Shown: positions 10,067 to 17,486 of the stretch, piece after piece
Position numbering within the stretch: position 1 is the first letter of the stretch
How the letters are laid out: each line of letters starts with the position of its first letter
NCBI GenBank assembly: GCA_963794635.1
Contig: CAWCET010000006.1
Location: 392,469 to 456,468 of the forward strand
DNA length: 64,000 bases
Direction: 5' to 3'
DNA from: an uncultured Solirubrobacteraceae bacterium
Lineage (GTDB): Bacteria > Actinomycetota > Thermoleophilia > Solirubrobacterales > Solirubrobacteraceae
The notes under the pieces: model-generated
The model's input: only the letters and a program-made list of their open reading frames with translations
Databases searched by the model: none
What the model was told of the DNA's origin: nothing
Made by a program: the position numbers and the translations under genes

Positions 10067-10129
10067 GCGGCCGGGGCGAGCCGGCGGTGATCGCGCACGA
10101 CCCGCCGGCCCGCCGAATTTCTCGGAGGG

Positions 10130-10151
10130 GGCGCCGCCTTGCGGCGGCGCC
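10130..10151. terminator. GC hairpin between convergent genes
   Basis: GGCGCCGCC-TTGC-GGCGGCGCC is a perfect 9-bp stem. It lies between the GGDEF stop (10066) and the GNAT stop (10157). Confidence 0.45.
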
Positions 10152-10156
10152 GGCCT

Positions 10157-10627
10157 TCAGGCCTGCTCGCGCTCGAACAGGTAGGCCTTGAAGCCCTGAC
10201 CGATCGCCTCGAACCCGAGGCTGCGGTAGAAGTCGTGAGCGCCCGTGCGCTCGTTGCCCGAGATCAGGTTGACCTTGTAGCAACCGGCCTCTCGGGCGAT
10301 CTCGATCGCCCGCCGCATCAGCGCCGTGCCCGCGCCGCGCCGACGCGCGCTCTCGGCCACCACCACGTTCTCGACGAGCGCCCACGGCTGGGCGTAGTGG
10401 GTGAGGTTGGGGGCGACGAGCACGTCCACGGTCCCGACGAGGTCCCCGTCGAGCTCGGCGACGAGAAGGCTCCGCGCAGGGTCGCCGATGATCTGCTCGA
10501 TCGCCGCGAGCGCGTCGGGCATCGGCTCCGGGAGCGGCTCGTCGAGCGGACCGGAGAGCTGCTCGTACAGTGCCGTCAGCGCGTCCAGGTCGCCGGGCAC
10601 CGCTTCACGAACCCGAACCCCTGCCAT
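10157..10627 (-). CDS. GNAT-family N-acetyltransferase
   Basis: 156 aa from ATG 10627 (MAGVRVREAVPGD). Acetyl-CoA motif A is VAESARRRGAGTALM. Confidence 0.8.
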   Translation of the reverse strand: MAGVRVREAVPGDLDALTALYEQLSGPLDEPLPEPMPDALAAIEQIIGDPARSLLVAELDGDLVGTVDVLVAPNLTHYAQPWALVENVVVAESARRRGAGTALMRRAIEIAREAGCYKVNLISGNERTGAHDFYRSLGFEAIGQGFKAYLFEREQA

Positions 10628-10681
10628 GCGCGGAGCTTCGCAGAGAACGTCCGTCGCGCGCCTCGGCGTAGACTCGCGCCC

Positions 10682-11056
10682 ATGGCCCTCATCCACACCT
10701 GCTACCGGATCACGGACATCGACCGTTCGGTCGCGTTCTACGAAGCGCTCGGCTTCCAGGAGGTCGGCAGGCTGCCGATCCGCGACGAGGCCGTGAACGT
10801 GTTCATGAACCAGCCCGGCGACGGCGACATGCCGCGCCTGGAGCTGACCTACAACTTCGGCGTCGAGGACTACGAGATCGGCACCGGCTACGGGCACATC
10901 GCGATCACGACCGACGACATCCACGGCGCGCTCGAGAAGCTGGCCGCGCAGGGCATCGAGCCCGAGAAGCCGCCCTACTCGGTGCGCGAGGGCGGCTCGC
11001 TGCTGTGCTTCGTGAAAGATCCGGATGGGTATCGAATCGAGATAATCGAGCGGTAG
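10682..11056 (+). CDS. gloA: lactoylglutathione lyase (glyoxalase I, VOC family)
   Basis: 124 aa: MALIHTCYRITDIDRSVAFYEALGF...LELTYN...GYGHIAI..DDI...DPDGYRIEIIER. Confidence 0.85.
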   Translation: MALIHTCYRITDIDRSVAFYEALGFQEVGRLPIRDEAVNVFMNQPGDGDMPRLELTYNFGVEDYEIGTGYGHIAITTDDIHGALEKLAAQGIEPEKPPYSVREGGSLLCFVKDPDGYRIEIIER

Positions 11057-11236
11057 AGGACGGCAAGCTCACGCGCTTCGGGCAGTTCATCGACACGGTC
11101 AAGTTCGCAGAGGTCGTCCCGTCCGCGTGAGCCGCTCTCGAGCGTCCGTCGAGCCCCTGCCCGTGTCACACTGAGGCGTGGCGGAGGAAAGCGAGATGCT
11201 CGTGCTAAGTGCGATCGTGCTCGTCGGCTTCAGCGA

Positions 11237-11683
11237 ATGACCCACCAGGGCGAGACCATCGGCGTCGGAGCGCTGAGCGTGCGCTTCTTGATCGAGGCGG
11301 CGGAGTCGAACGGCACCGCGTCGGTCTTCGAGTGCTTCGTCCCGGCGAATGCCAGGATGCCGGCGCCGCACAGCCACGACGGATTCGAGGAGACGATCTA
11401 CGGGCTCGAAGGTGTCTCGACGTGGACGGTCGACGGAGAGACGGTCGAGATCGGTCCGGGCGAGGCGATCTGCGTAGGGCGGGGACAGATCCACGGCTTT
11501 GACAACCGCGGCGACGCGGATGCGAAGTTCCTCGCGATCGCGACTCCCGCCGTCTTCGGCTCCGCGTACTTCCGTGAGGTCGGCGAGGCGATCGCCGCGG
11601 CGGGGAGTGGCCCGCCGGACCTCGCCGCGATCGGCGAGGTGATGCGTCGCCATGGCCTCACGCCGGCGCCGCCGCCGAGCTGA
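11237..11683 (+). CDS. cupin-domain protein
   Basis: 148 aa. Cupin motifs are PAPHSHDGFEETIYGLEG and GQIHGFDN. Confidence 0.7.
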   Translation: MTHQGETIGVGALSVRFLIEAAESNGTASVFECFVPANARMPAPHSHDGFEETIYGLEGVSTWTVDGETVEIGPGEAICVGRGQIHGFDNRGDADAKFLAIATPAVFGSAYFREVGEAIAAAGSGPPDLAAIGEVMRRHGLTPAPPPS

Positions 11684-11693
11684 TGGACCAGGC

Positions 11694-12101
11694 GTGAGCG
11701 CAGCCCCGCATGCCATCGCCTTCGTCGAGGGCTACCGCCGGACGTGGCAGGCCTGGGACTACGCCGGGTTCGCGGACCTCTTCGCCGACGACGCGGTGTA
11801 TGTGGAGCACCCGGTCGACGAAACCGTTGTCGGGCGCGAGGCGATCCTCGGCTACATCCGCAAGGAGCACGAGGAACAGGGCACGGCGCAGGTAAGGATG
11901 GGGAAGCCGATCGTCGAAGGCGACCGGGTCGCGGGCGAGTTCTGGGCGGCGATGTCCAACCGCGAGGGCGAGCCGCCGGGGACGCTGATGGGGTGCTTCA
12001 TCGCCCGCCTGGATCCTGCCACCGGTCTGTGCACGCACTTCCGCCAGTACTGGCACGAATGCGACGGCTGGCCCGGCCCGTTCGACAGCTGGGGAGACTG
12101 A
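11694..12101 (+). CDS. NTF2/SnoaL-like domain protein
   Basis: The GTG start lies just after the previous stop. Size and pattern are SnoaL-like (F.DDAVYVEHP...G.EAI..Y). Strong GC3. Confidence 0.6.
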   Translation: MSAAPHAIAFVEGYRRTWQAWDYAGFADLFADDAVYVEHPVDETVVGREAILGYIRKEHEEQGTAQVRMGKPIVEGDRVAGEFWAAMSNREGEPPGTLMGCFIARLDPATGLCTHFRQYWHECDGWPGPFDSWGD

Positions 12102-12111
12102 CCTCCGCGGC

Positions 12112-12423
12112 TCAGCCGGCGGTGGGCGCGTGTTCGCGCGCCCACGTGACGATCCCGCCCGATCCCCTGATCACGGACCCGTCGTCCAGCACGAGGATCG
12201 GCACCGAGCGCTGGCCGCTCAGCTCCTCGATCTCGGCCCGGTCCTTCGCGCGCGAGGGAAGCGTCCAGAGCTTCAACGTTCCGCCTTTGACCTTCTTCAG
12301 CTCGTAGGTGTGGCCGGCCTTGTCGAGCGCGACCGCCGCCTTGCCGCAGGGATGCGCGAAATTGTCGAGTGGACCGGGCAGCTCGCCGAAGGCCTTGCCG
12401 TCACCGCACGTGTAGAGGACCAC
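12112..12423 (-). CDS. glutaredoxin/GST-N-like thioredoxin-fold protein
   Basis: 103 aa from GTG 12423: VVLYTCG...HPCGKAAVALDKAGHTYELKKV...RAEIEELSGQRSVPILVLDDGSVI.GS..IV.WA. I recall this pattern from an actinobacterial GST_N_3-type family. Confidence 0.65.
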   Translation of the reverse strand: MVLYTCGDGKAFGELPGPLDNFAHPCGKAAVALDKAGHTYELKKVKGGTLKLWTLPSRAKDRAEIEELSGQRSVPILVLDDGSVIRGSGGIVTWAREHAPTAG

Positions 12424-12483
12424 GCCGGCGATCGTACTCCCCGGGCCCTCCCGAGCGGAGCCCGGCCCGGGTACTCTCTGAGC

Positions 12484-12801
12484 ATGGCGGACGCGAGCAA
12501 GATCGCGAAGAACCTCGAGCGATTCGCGATCGCGATCGCGTCCCACGACCGCGAGAACCCCACGCACACGGCCTACGGCATCGGTCTCGCTCACTTCGAC
12601 ATGGAGCGGCTCGGGTTCGAGGAGGGCGAGCAGGTCCTCCCCGGGATCACGATCCAGTGCGACAGCGGCGTGAGCGGCAACTTCAGGGTGCTGTGCGACG
12701 CCGAGCACGACGAGGGCCTCGTCGAGGCCGAGGAGGAGATCGTCGAGGCTGTCGGCTCGCGGTCGGTCCCGGGCGTCGCGCCGGAGACGCGCGAAATCTG
12801 A
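12484..12801 (+). CDS. hypothetical protein (105 aa)
   Basis: ATG start, high GC3, acidic C-terminus. No motif recognised. Confidence 0.5.
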   Translation: MADASKIAKNLERFAIAIASHDRENPTHTAYGIGLAHFDMERLGFEEGEQVLPGITIQCDSGVSGNFRVLCDAEHDEGLVEAEEEIVEAVGSRSVPGVAPETREI

Positions 12802-12835
12802 GACCCGGCAAGAGTCTTCGCGCCCGCAGATCGGG

Positions 12836-12865
12836 TTGACACCGCCACCGCGCGTTTGGTTAGCT
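12836..12865 (+). promoter_or_regulatory. putative sigma70-type promoter placing the TSS at or next to ATG 12873 (leaderless)
   Basis: TTGACA (12836-12841), 18-nt spacer, TTAGCT (12860-12865), then 7 nt to the ATG. No SD sequence is present. Confidence 0.3.
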
Positions 12866-12872
12866 CACGCCG

Positions 12873-13484
12873 ATGGCAGACGTTGCACTGGGGGTGCAGG
12901 AATCGGGCGGGCGCGAGCAGGCGCCGGCGCGGCCTGATTTCGAAGTCATCCCGCGTAAAGGCCTGATCGCCGTCGGTGTCGTGCTGGTGGCCGTGGTCGC
13001 GGCCATCGCCTCCGACAAACTCTGGCCGATCGCCTTCGTGCATTTCGTCGGCGGCGCCGCCTGGACGATCATCGACCTCTTCCTCGGGTTCGTGCTCGGG
13101 CCGATCCTCGGGAAGCTGTCGGTCCCTGCCAAAGCCGAGCTGACGACCAAGCTGATGCCGAGGATGGCGCTGATCATGCCGACGGTCGTGACGGCGACGC
13201 TTGCGGGCGGCTGGCAGCTCGGGGTGCACCTGGGGACCGTGCAGTCGAACTACTACAACCACGGCTGGGTCGTCGCGAGCTACATCGTCGTCGGCGTGAT
13301 GGCCGTGATCGCGCTGGGACTGCTCGAGCCCGCGAACATCGCGGTGCTCTTCGAGCTCAAGAAGCCACGACCGAACCCGGCTGTGATCGAGAAGCTCATG
13401 AAGAGGTTCATCTACACCGCCGGAGCGACCGGGGCGATGCAGATCGCGACGCTGGTGATCATGACGAAGCTCGCGATCGGCTGA
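12873..13484 (+). CDS. integral membrane protein, unknown function
   Basis: 203 aa with about 5 hydrophobic segments. High GC3. Confidence 0.7.
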   Translation: MADVALGVQESGGREQAPARPDFEVIPRKGLIAVGVVLVAVVAAIASDKLWPIAFVHFVGGAAWTIIDLFLGFVLGPILGKLSVPAKAELTTKLMPRMALIMPTVVTATLAGGWQLGVHLGTVQSNYYNHGWVVASYIVVGVMAVIALGLLEPANIAVLFELKKPRPNPAVIEKLMKRFIYTAGATGAMQIATLVIMTKLAIG

Positions 13485-13891
13485 TGGAGGACGAGCGGCA
13501 GCTCCCGCCGGTCACCGCTCTGGGCATGACCTCGCTGGCGCTCATCGTCGCCGGCGGCATCTACCTCGCCGCTCACCTCCCCAAACATGTCCCCTTGGCG
13601 CCCGCGGCGATTCTGCTCGCTCTCTCCGTGTTGCTGCTGGCCGGCAACCTCTTGGCGCTGTCGCGCGTGCGGGACTTCGCGTGGTCGCGGTTCTTCGAAG
13701 TCGCTCGCTGGGCCCTGCTCGCCTATCTGATCATCGCGGGCATGATCGAGTACGCCTTCCTGCACGACCACGTGGCAGGCGGCCCGCTGATCGTGCTGAC
13801 CCTGTCCCTGATCGTGTTCGCCGTCCACGTCCCGGTCCTGATCGGCTTCACGGTCGCCCGCTTCGCCGACCTGGCCGAAGCCCCGCTCTAG
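13484..13891 (+). CDS. integral membrane protein, unknown function
   Basis: 135 aa with 4 hydrophobic segments. The ATG overlaps the previous stop (TGATG). Confidence 0.65.
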   Translation: MEDERQLPPVTALGMTSLALIVAGGIYLAAHLPKHVPLAPAAILLALSVLLLAGNLLALSRVRDFAWSRFFEVARWALLAYLIIAGMIEYAFLHDHVAGGPLIVLTLSLIVFAVHVPVLIGFTVARFADLAEAPL

Positions 13892-14790
13892 ACCGCGGGC
13901 GGTTCGATGCCCGCCCGAGCGGCGATGATCGCCACGAGGCGCTCGATCGTCGGGTAGGGAAGGCCATGGCGGGCGGCGGCTCGCATCACCGAGCCCGGAA
14001 TAGCGTCCAGCTCGGGGGTCCGGCCGGCCGCGATGTCGCGCTGCATCGAGCTGCCGAGCGTCGCGTGTGCACGCTCGAGCTCCGCGATCGCCGTCGTCGC
14101 GTCGACGTCGGCACCCTCGGCGCGTCCGGCGGCCGCCGCCTCTTCCATCGTCGCGACGAGGTCCCCGCGCAGCTCCGGCGTCGAGCGGATCTCGCCCAGC
14201 AGCTTGTCGTAGGCGCTCGTCGTGCACGCGAGCGCGTTCAGCCTCACGAGCTTGGACCACATCACGTCGGCTTCGGAGTCGAGCACCTTCGACGGCACGC
14301 CGGCGTGCTCGAGGGCGTCTGCGAGCGCGCTCATCGCCCCGGCGGCGGACGGCGCTCCGGCCATGCTGATCAGGAGGAAGGGGCTCGTGTGCACGACCAC
14401 GCCGGCCTCGGGGCGATCGGACTCCACGCGGATCGAACCCGCGAGCACGGTCTCCGAGGCGAAGCGGCGCCTCAGGACCGCGAGGTGGTCCAGGCCGTTG
14501 AGCAGCGGCAGCACCAGCGCCGGCTCGACCTCGATGCGCGCGAGCGCATCCTCCAGGCCCAGGGCCTTGGTCGCGACTAGCAGCACGTCCACGGGCTCGG
14601 TCAGGCTCGTGACGGCGCGCGGGCTCGCCTGCAGCTCGCCGAATTTGACGCTGTTGAGCGCGATGCCGCGCGAGGCGATCACCTCGGCCGTGGAGTCCTG
14701 CGCCACGACGATCACATCGTGGCCGTCGCGCTCGAGCGCGACGGCGAGCAGGCCTCCCACGCCGCCCGGGCCGAGCACAGCGATCTTCAT
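13888..14790 (-). CDS. panE: 2-dehydropantoate 2-reductase (ketopantoate reductase, ApbA/PanE family)
   Basis: 300 aa from ATG 14790: MKIAVLGPGGVGGLLA Rossmann N-terminus and a C-terminal ApbA_C-like region (SSMQRD...G..ELDAI.G). The longer ORF is a 5' extension into the next gene. Confidence 0.8.
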   Translation of the reverse strand: MKIAVLGPGGVGGLLAVALERDGHDVIVVAQDSTAEVIASRGIALNSVKFGELQASPRAVTSLTEPVDVLLVATKALGLEDALARIEVEPALVLPLLNGLDHLAVLRRRFASETVLAGSIRVESDRPEAGVVVHTSPFLLISMAGAPSAAGAMSALADALEHAGVPSKVLDSEADVMWSKLVRLNALACTTSAYDKLLGEIRSTPELRGDLVATMEEAAAAGRAEGADVDATTAIAELERAHATLGSSMQRDIAAGRTPELDAIPGSVMRAAARHGLPYPTIERLVAIIAARAGIEPPAV

Positions 14791-16370
14791 GGCAGCAGCA
14801 CGCCCGGGTTCAGCACGCCCGCGGGGTCGACCGCCGACTTCGCGGCCCGCAGCGCCGCCGCGAAGGGCTCCGGGCGCTGGTGTTCGTAGAACGGGCGGTG
14901 ATCGCGCCCGACCGCGTGATGGTGGGTGATCGTCGCGCCCTGTTCGATCAGGACGTCGGAGACCGCGCGCTTGACGGCCTGCCACTGCTCGATCTCCTCG
15001 CCGCGCCGGCCGGGCGCGAGGATCGTGAAGTAGGGCGCGGGACCGTCGGGGTAGATGTGCGTGAAGCGGCAGTACACGCGCGCGCCGTCGCCGCAGACCT
15101 CGCGCAGCTTCTCCTGTGCGGTGCCGATCACCTGTTCGTGCAGCTGCGGGAAGCGCTCCCAGGTGATCGCCGTCTCGAAGGTCTCGCTGATCACGCCGAG
15201 CGCCACGAGCAGGTCGCGCGCGTAGGGAGCCCCGAGGAACGCGCTGCGCCATGAGCCGACGGCGTCGCCCCCGCCCTCGCGGCGCGGCAGCGCTGAGCCG
15301 CCGTGCTCGGCGCAGATCTCCAGCGCGCGATCCAGCGCTCCGTCGACCGGGTGGTCGGCCGACTCGAAGCCGAGCACGAGTAGCGCGTGGCTGCCGTCGC
15401 CGGCCATCGTCAGCTGTGCCTCGCCGGCATCCAGCAGGCGGCAGTTGGAGGGGTTCAGCCCCGACTGCGAGATCGCCCGCACGCACTCGGCACCGCGCAT
15501 GAAGTCCGGGAAGCGGACCCCGGCCGAGGCGCGATGCTCGGGCCGCGGCTGGACCCGCACCCACGCGCTCGTGATCACTCCGAGGATCCCCTCCGAGCCG
15601 GCCAGCATCCGGTCGGGGCTGGGGCCGGCACCCGAGCCCGGCAGTCGCCGCGACTCCCATGCGCCCACCGGCGTGATCGCCCGCGCGGACTCGAGGAAGT
15701 CCTCGATGTGCGTCCAGACCGTGGCGAAGTGGCCCGCCGCGCGTGTCGCGATCCAGCCGCCCAGCGTGGCCAGCTCAAAGGACTGGGGGAAGTGGCGCAG
15801 GGTGAGCCCGTGCTCGCCGAGCGCCGCCTCGAGCGCCGGGCCGGTCGTGCCCGCCCCGATGCGGGCGGAGCGCGAGACCTCGTCGAGCTCGAGCAGGCCG
15901 TCGAGGGCGGCGAGGTCGATCGAGATCGCGCCGTTCTGGCCCCCGCTCGGTTCCGGCGTAACGCCGCCGACGACCGACGTCCCTCCGCCGTAGGGGATCG
16001 CGGCGACGTTCGCGCCCGAGCACCACTCGAGGAGCCGTTCGACGTCCTGCTCGGAGCGCGGGCGCGCCACGAAATCGGGCGGATGCTCGAACTGGCCGCG
16101 AAAGCCGCGCACCACGTCGACGTAGGACTTGCCGAGGGCGTGGGAGGCGCGCTCGTGAAGGTCGACGGAGCAGATCTCGGCCAGCTGCGCCGGGATCGCG
16201 ACGCGCGGCGCAGCGAGGCTGACGTCCTCGAGCGCGACGGGCTGCTCCGGCTCGCCCAGCTCCATCCGCAGCCGTTCTGAGAGCGCCGGGACCGAGGCCC
16301 ATGCCTGCTCGAGGGTCGGCTGCTGGTCCTCGTGGCCCCATCCCCAGTGCTTGCGCCGGCCGCTGCTCAC
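14787..16370 (-). CDS. FAD-linked oxidase (FAD_binding_4; alkyl-DHAP synthase/glycolate oxidase-like)
   Basis: IPYGGGTSVVGG and PCMH-type FAD-binding layout. Stop overlaps the panE start (ATGA). Start is uncertain; GTG 16370 chosen, TTG 16472 is also possible. Confidence 0.8.
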   Translation of the reverse strand: MSSGRRKHWGWGHEDQQPTLEQAWASVPALSERLRMELGEPEQPVALEDVSLAAPRVAIPAQLAEICSVDLHERASHALGKSYVDVVRGFRGQFEHPPDFVARPRSEQDVERLLEWCSGANVAAIPYGGGTSVVGGVTPEPSGGQNGAISIDLAALDGLLELDEVSRSARIGAGTTGPALEAALGEHGLTLRHFPQSFELATLGGWIATRAAGHFATVWTHIEDFLESARAITPVGAWESRRLPGSGAGPSPDRMLAGSEGILGVITSAWVRVQPRPEHRASAGVRFPDFMRGAECVRAISQSGLNPSNCRLLDAGEAQLTMAGDGSHALLVLGFESADHPVDGALDRALEICAEHGGSALPRREGGGDAVGSWRSAFLGAPYARDLLVALGVISETFETAITWERFPQLHEQVIGTAQEKLREVCGDGARVYCRFTHIYPDGPAPYFTILAPGRRGEEIEQWQAVKRAVSDVLIEQGATITHHHAVGRDHRPFYEHQRPEPFAAALRAAKSAVDPAGVLNPGVLLP

Positions 16371-16395
16371 GGCCGCGAGTCTATGCTCCCGGGCT

Positions 16396-17073
16396 GTGAG
16401 CGAGACGGCCGAGCAGAGCAGCCAGGCGCCCGAGATCCTCGCGCGCGGGCCCTGGGAGCTGGGGCAGGTCAAAGCCCGCTGGCTGACCGAGCACTACGAG
16501 CCCTCGCCGGAGAAGACCGAGGCCGCCGACGAGGCGATCCAGGGCCTGCAGGACCGCGGATCGCCCAGCCACGACGGGCTGGCGGCGCGCCTGGTCGACT
16601 ACACCCAGGACGACGCCGGCATCTCGATCGAGCTTCAGCCGCTGCGGTGGGCGCTGCGGCTCGTCGCGGGCGACGCATCGCTCAGCGTCGCGGCCCTGTG
16701 CGTGACGCGCGCCGCCGACGGGCGCTGGCTCGCGGGGCGCCGCGCGCCGTGGGTCTCCTCCTGGGCGGGGCGCTGGGCGCTGGGCGCCGGCGGGGCCGTG
16801 GACCTCGGCGAGAGCCCGGCCGACACGCTGGTGCGCGAGCTCGAGGAGGAGTGGGCGGTCGCGCCCGAGCGCGTGCAGGGCGAGGCGCTGCTGCGGCTTC
16901 CCCACCAGCTCGTGATGTTCGTGGGCCAGGCATGGCTCGCCGAGGGCACCGACGAGCAGGTCACGCCCGACCACGAGCACGACGCCTTCGCCTGGTGGCC
17001 CGCCTCGATCGAGGACTGGCCGGCAGAGGCCGGGGAGGCGTTGCCGCGGATGGCCCGGTGGCTGTCGATGTGA
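16396..17073 (+). CDS. NUDIX hydrolase
   Basis: Nudix box is GGAVDLGESPADTLVRELEEEWAV (Gx5Ex7REUxEExGU pattern). GTG 16396 chosen to avoid overlap with the divergent gene. Confidence 0.7.
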   Translation: MSETAEQSSQAPEILARGPWELGQVKARWLTEHYEPSPEKTEAADEAIQGLQDRGSPSHDGLAARLVDYTQDDAGISIELQPLRWALRLVAGDASLSVAALCVTRAADGRWLAGRRAPWVSSWAGRWALGAGGAVDLGESPADTLVRELEEEWAVAPERVQGEALLRLPHQLVMFVGQAWLAEGTDEQVTPDHEHDAFAWWPASIEDWPAEAGEALPRMARWLSM

Positions 17074-17396
17074 GCACGCATCGGGCGGGCGTGGGGCCCC
17101 TGACCTTCACCCGGCTGAGGGCGCTGTCGTTCACCCATTCGTGCGTGTACCTGGCACTGCTGCTGTGCGCGTTCGCGCTCGGCGGCCCTCAGCCCGAGAC
17201 GTTCATCCTCGGGCTGAGCCACGGCCTCCTGTGGATCTTCATGTCGCTCGTCTGCCTCGCCGCCGCGCGCATGCGCATCGTCTCCCTTCGCCTGGCGGTC
17301 GCCGTGGCCGTGCTCGGGGGGATCGGCCCGTTCTTCGGCAGCTATGAGTTCATCAGGGAGGGGAAGGCCTCCGAACAGCCCCCCGAGGGCCCCTGA
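17070..17396 (+). CDS. small membrane protein (DUF3817-like)
   Basis: 108 aa with 3 TM segments. The GTG start overlaps the NUDIX stop (GTGA). Confidence 0.6.
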   Translation: MSTHRAGVGPLTFTRLRALSFTHSCVYLALLLCAFALGGPQPETFILGLSHGLLWIFMSLVCLAAARMRIVSLRLAVAVAVLGGIGPFFGSYEFIREGKASEQPPEGP

Positions 17397-17486
17397 GGGC
17401 GCCCACGCGACCCCCCCATCCCATAAAAAATCTCCCATTTTGCAAGCGCTCCGCGCGCTCACTCAGAACGCTAGAGTTGTAAGTCA

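Noticed and set aside
11056-11130. Start-less 24-codon frame with high GC3 right after gloA (EDGKLTRFGQFIDTVKFAEVVPSA-stop), a possible gene remnant
   Set aside because: It has no start codon and no recognisable homology, and it is too short to separate from chance in GC-rich DNA. Only tBLASTn could rescue it.
13888-13891. Convergent genes sharing overlapping stop codons (CTAG)
   Set aside because: A trivial consequence of compact gene packing. No regulatory meaning can be supported.
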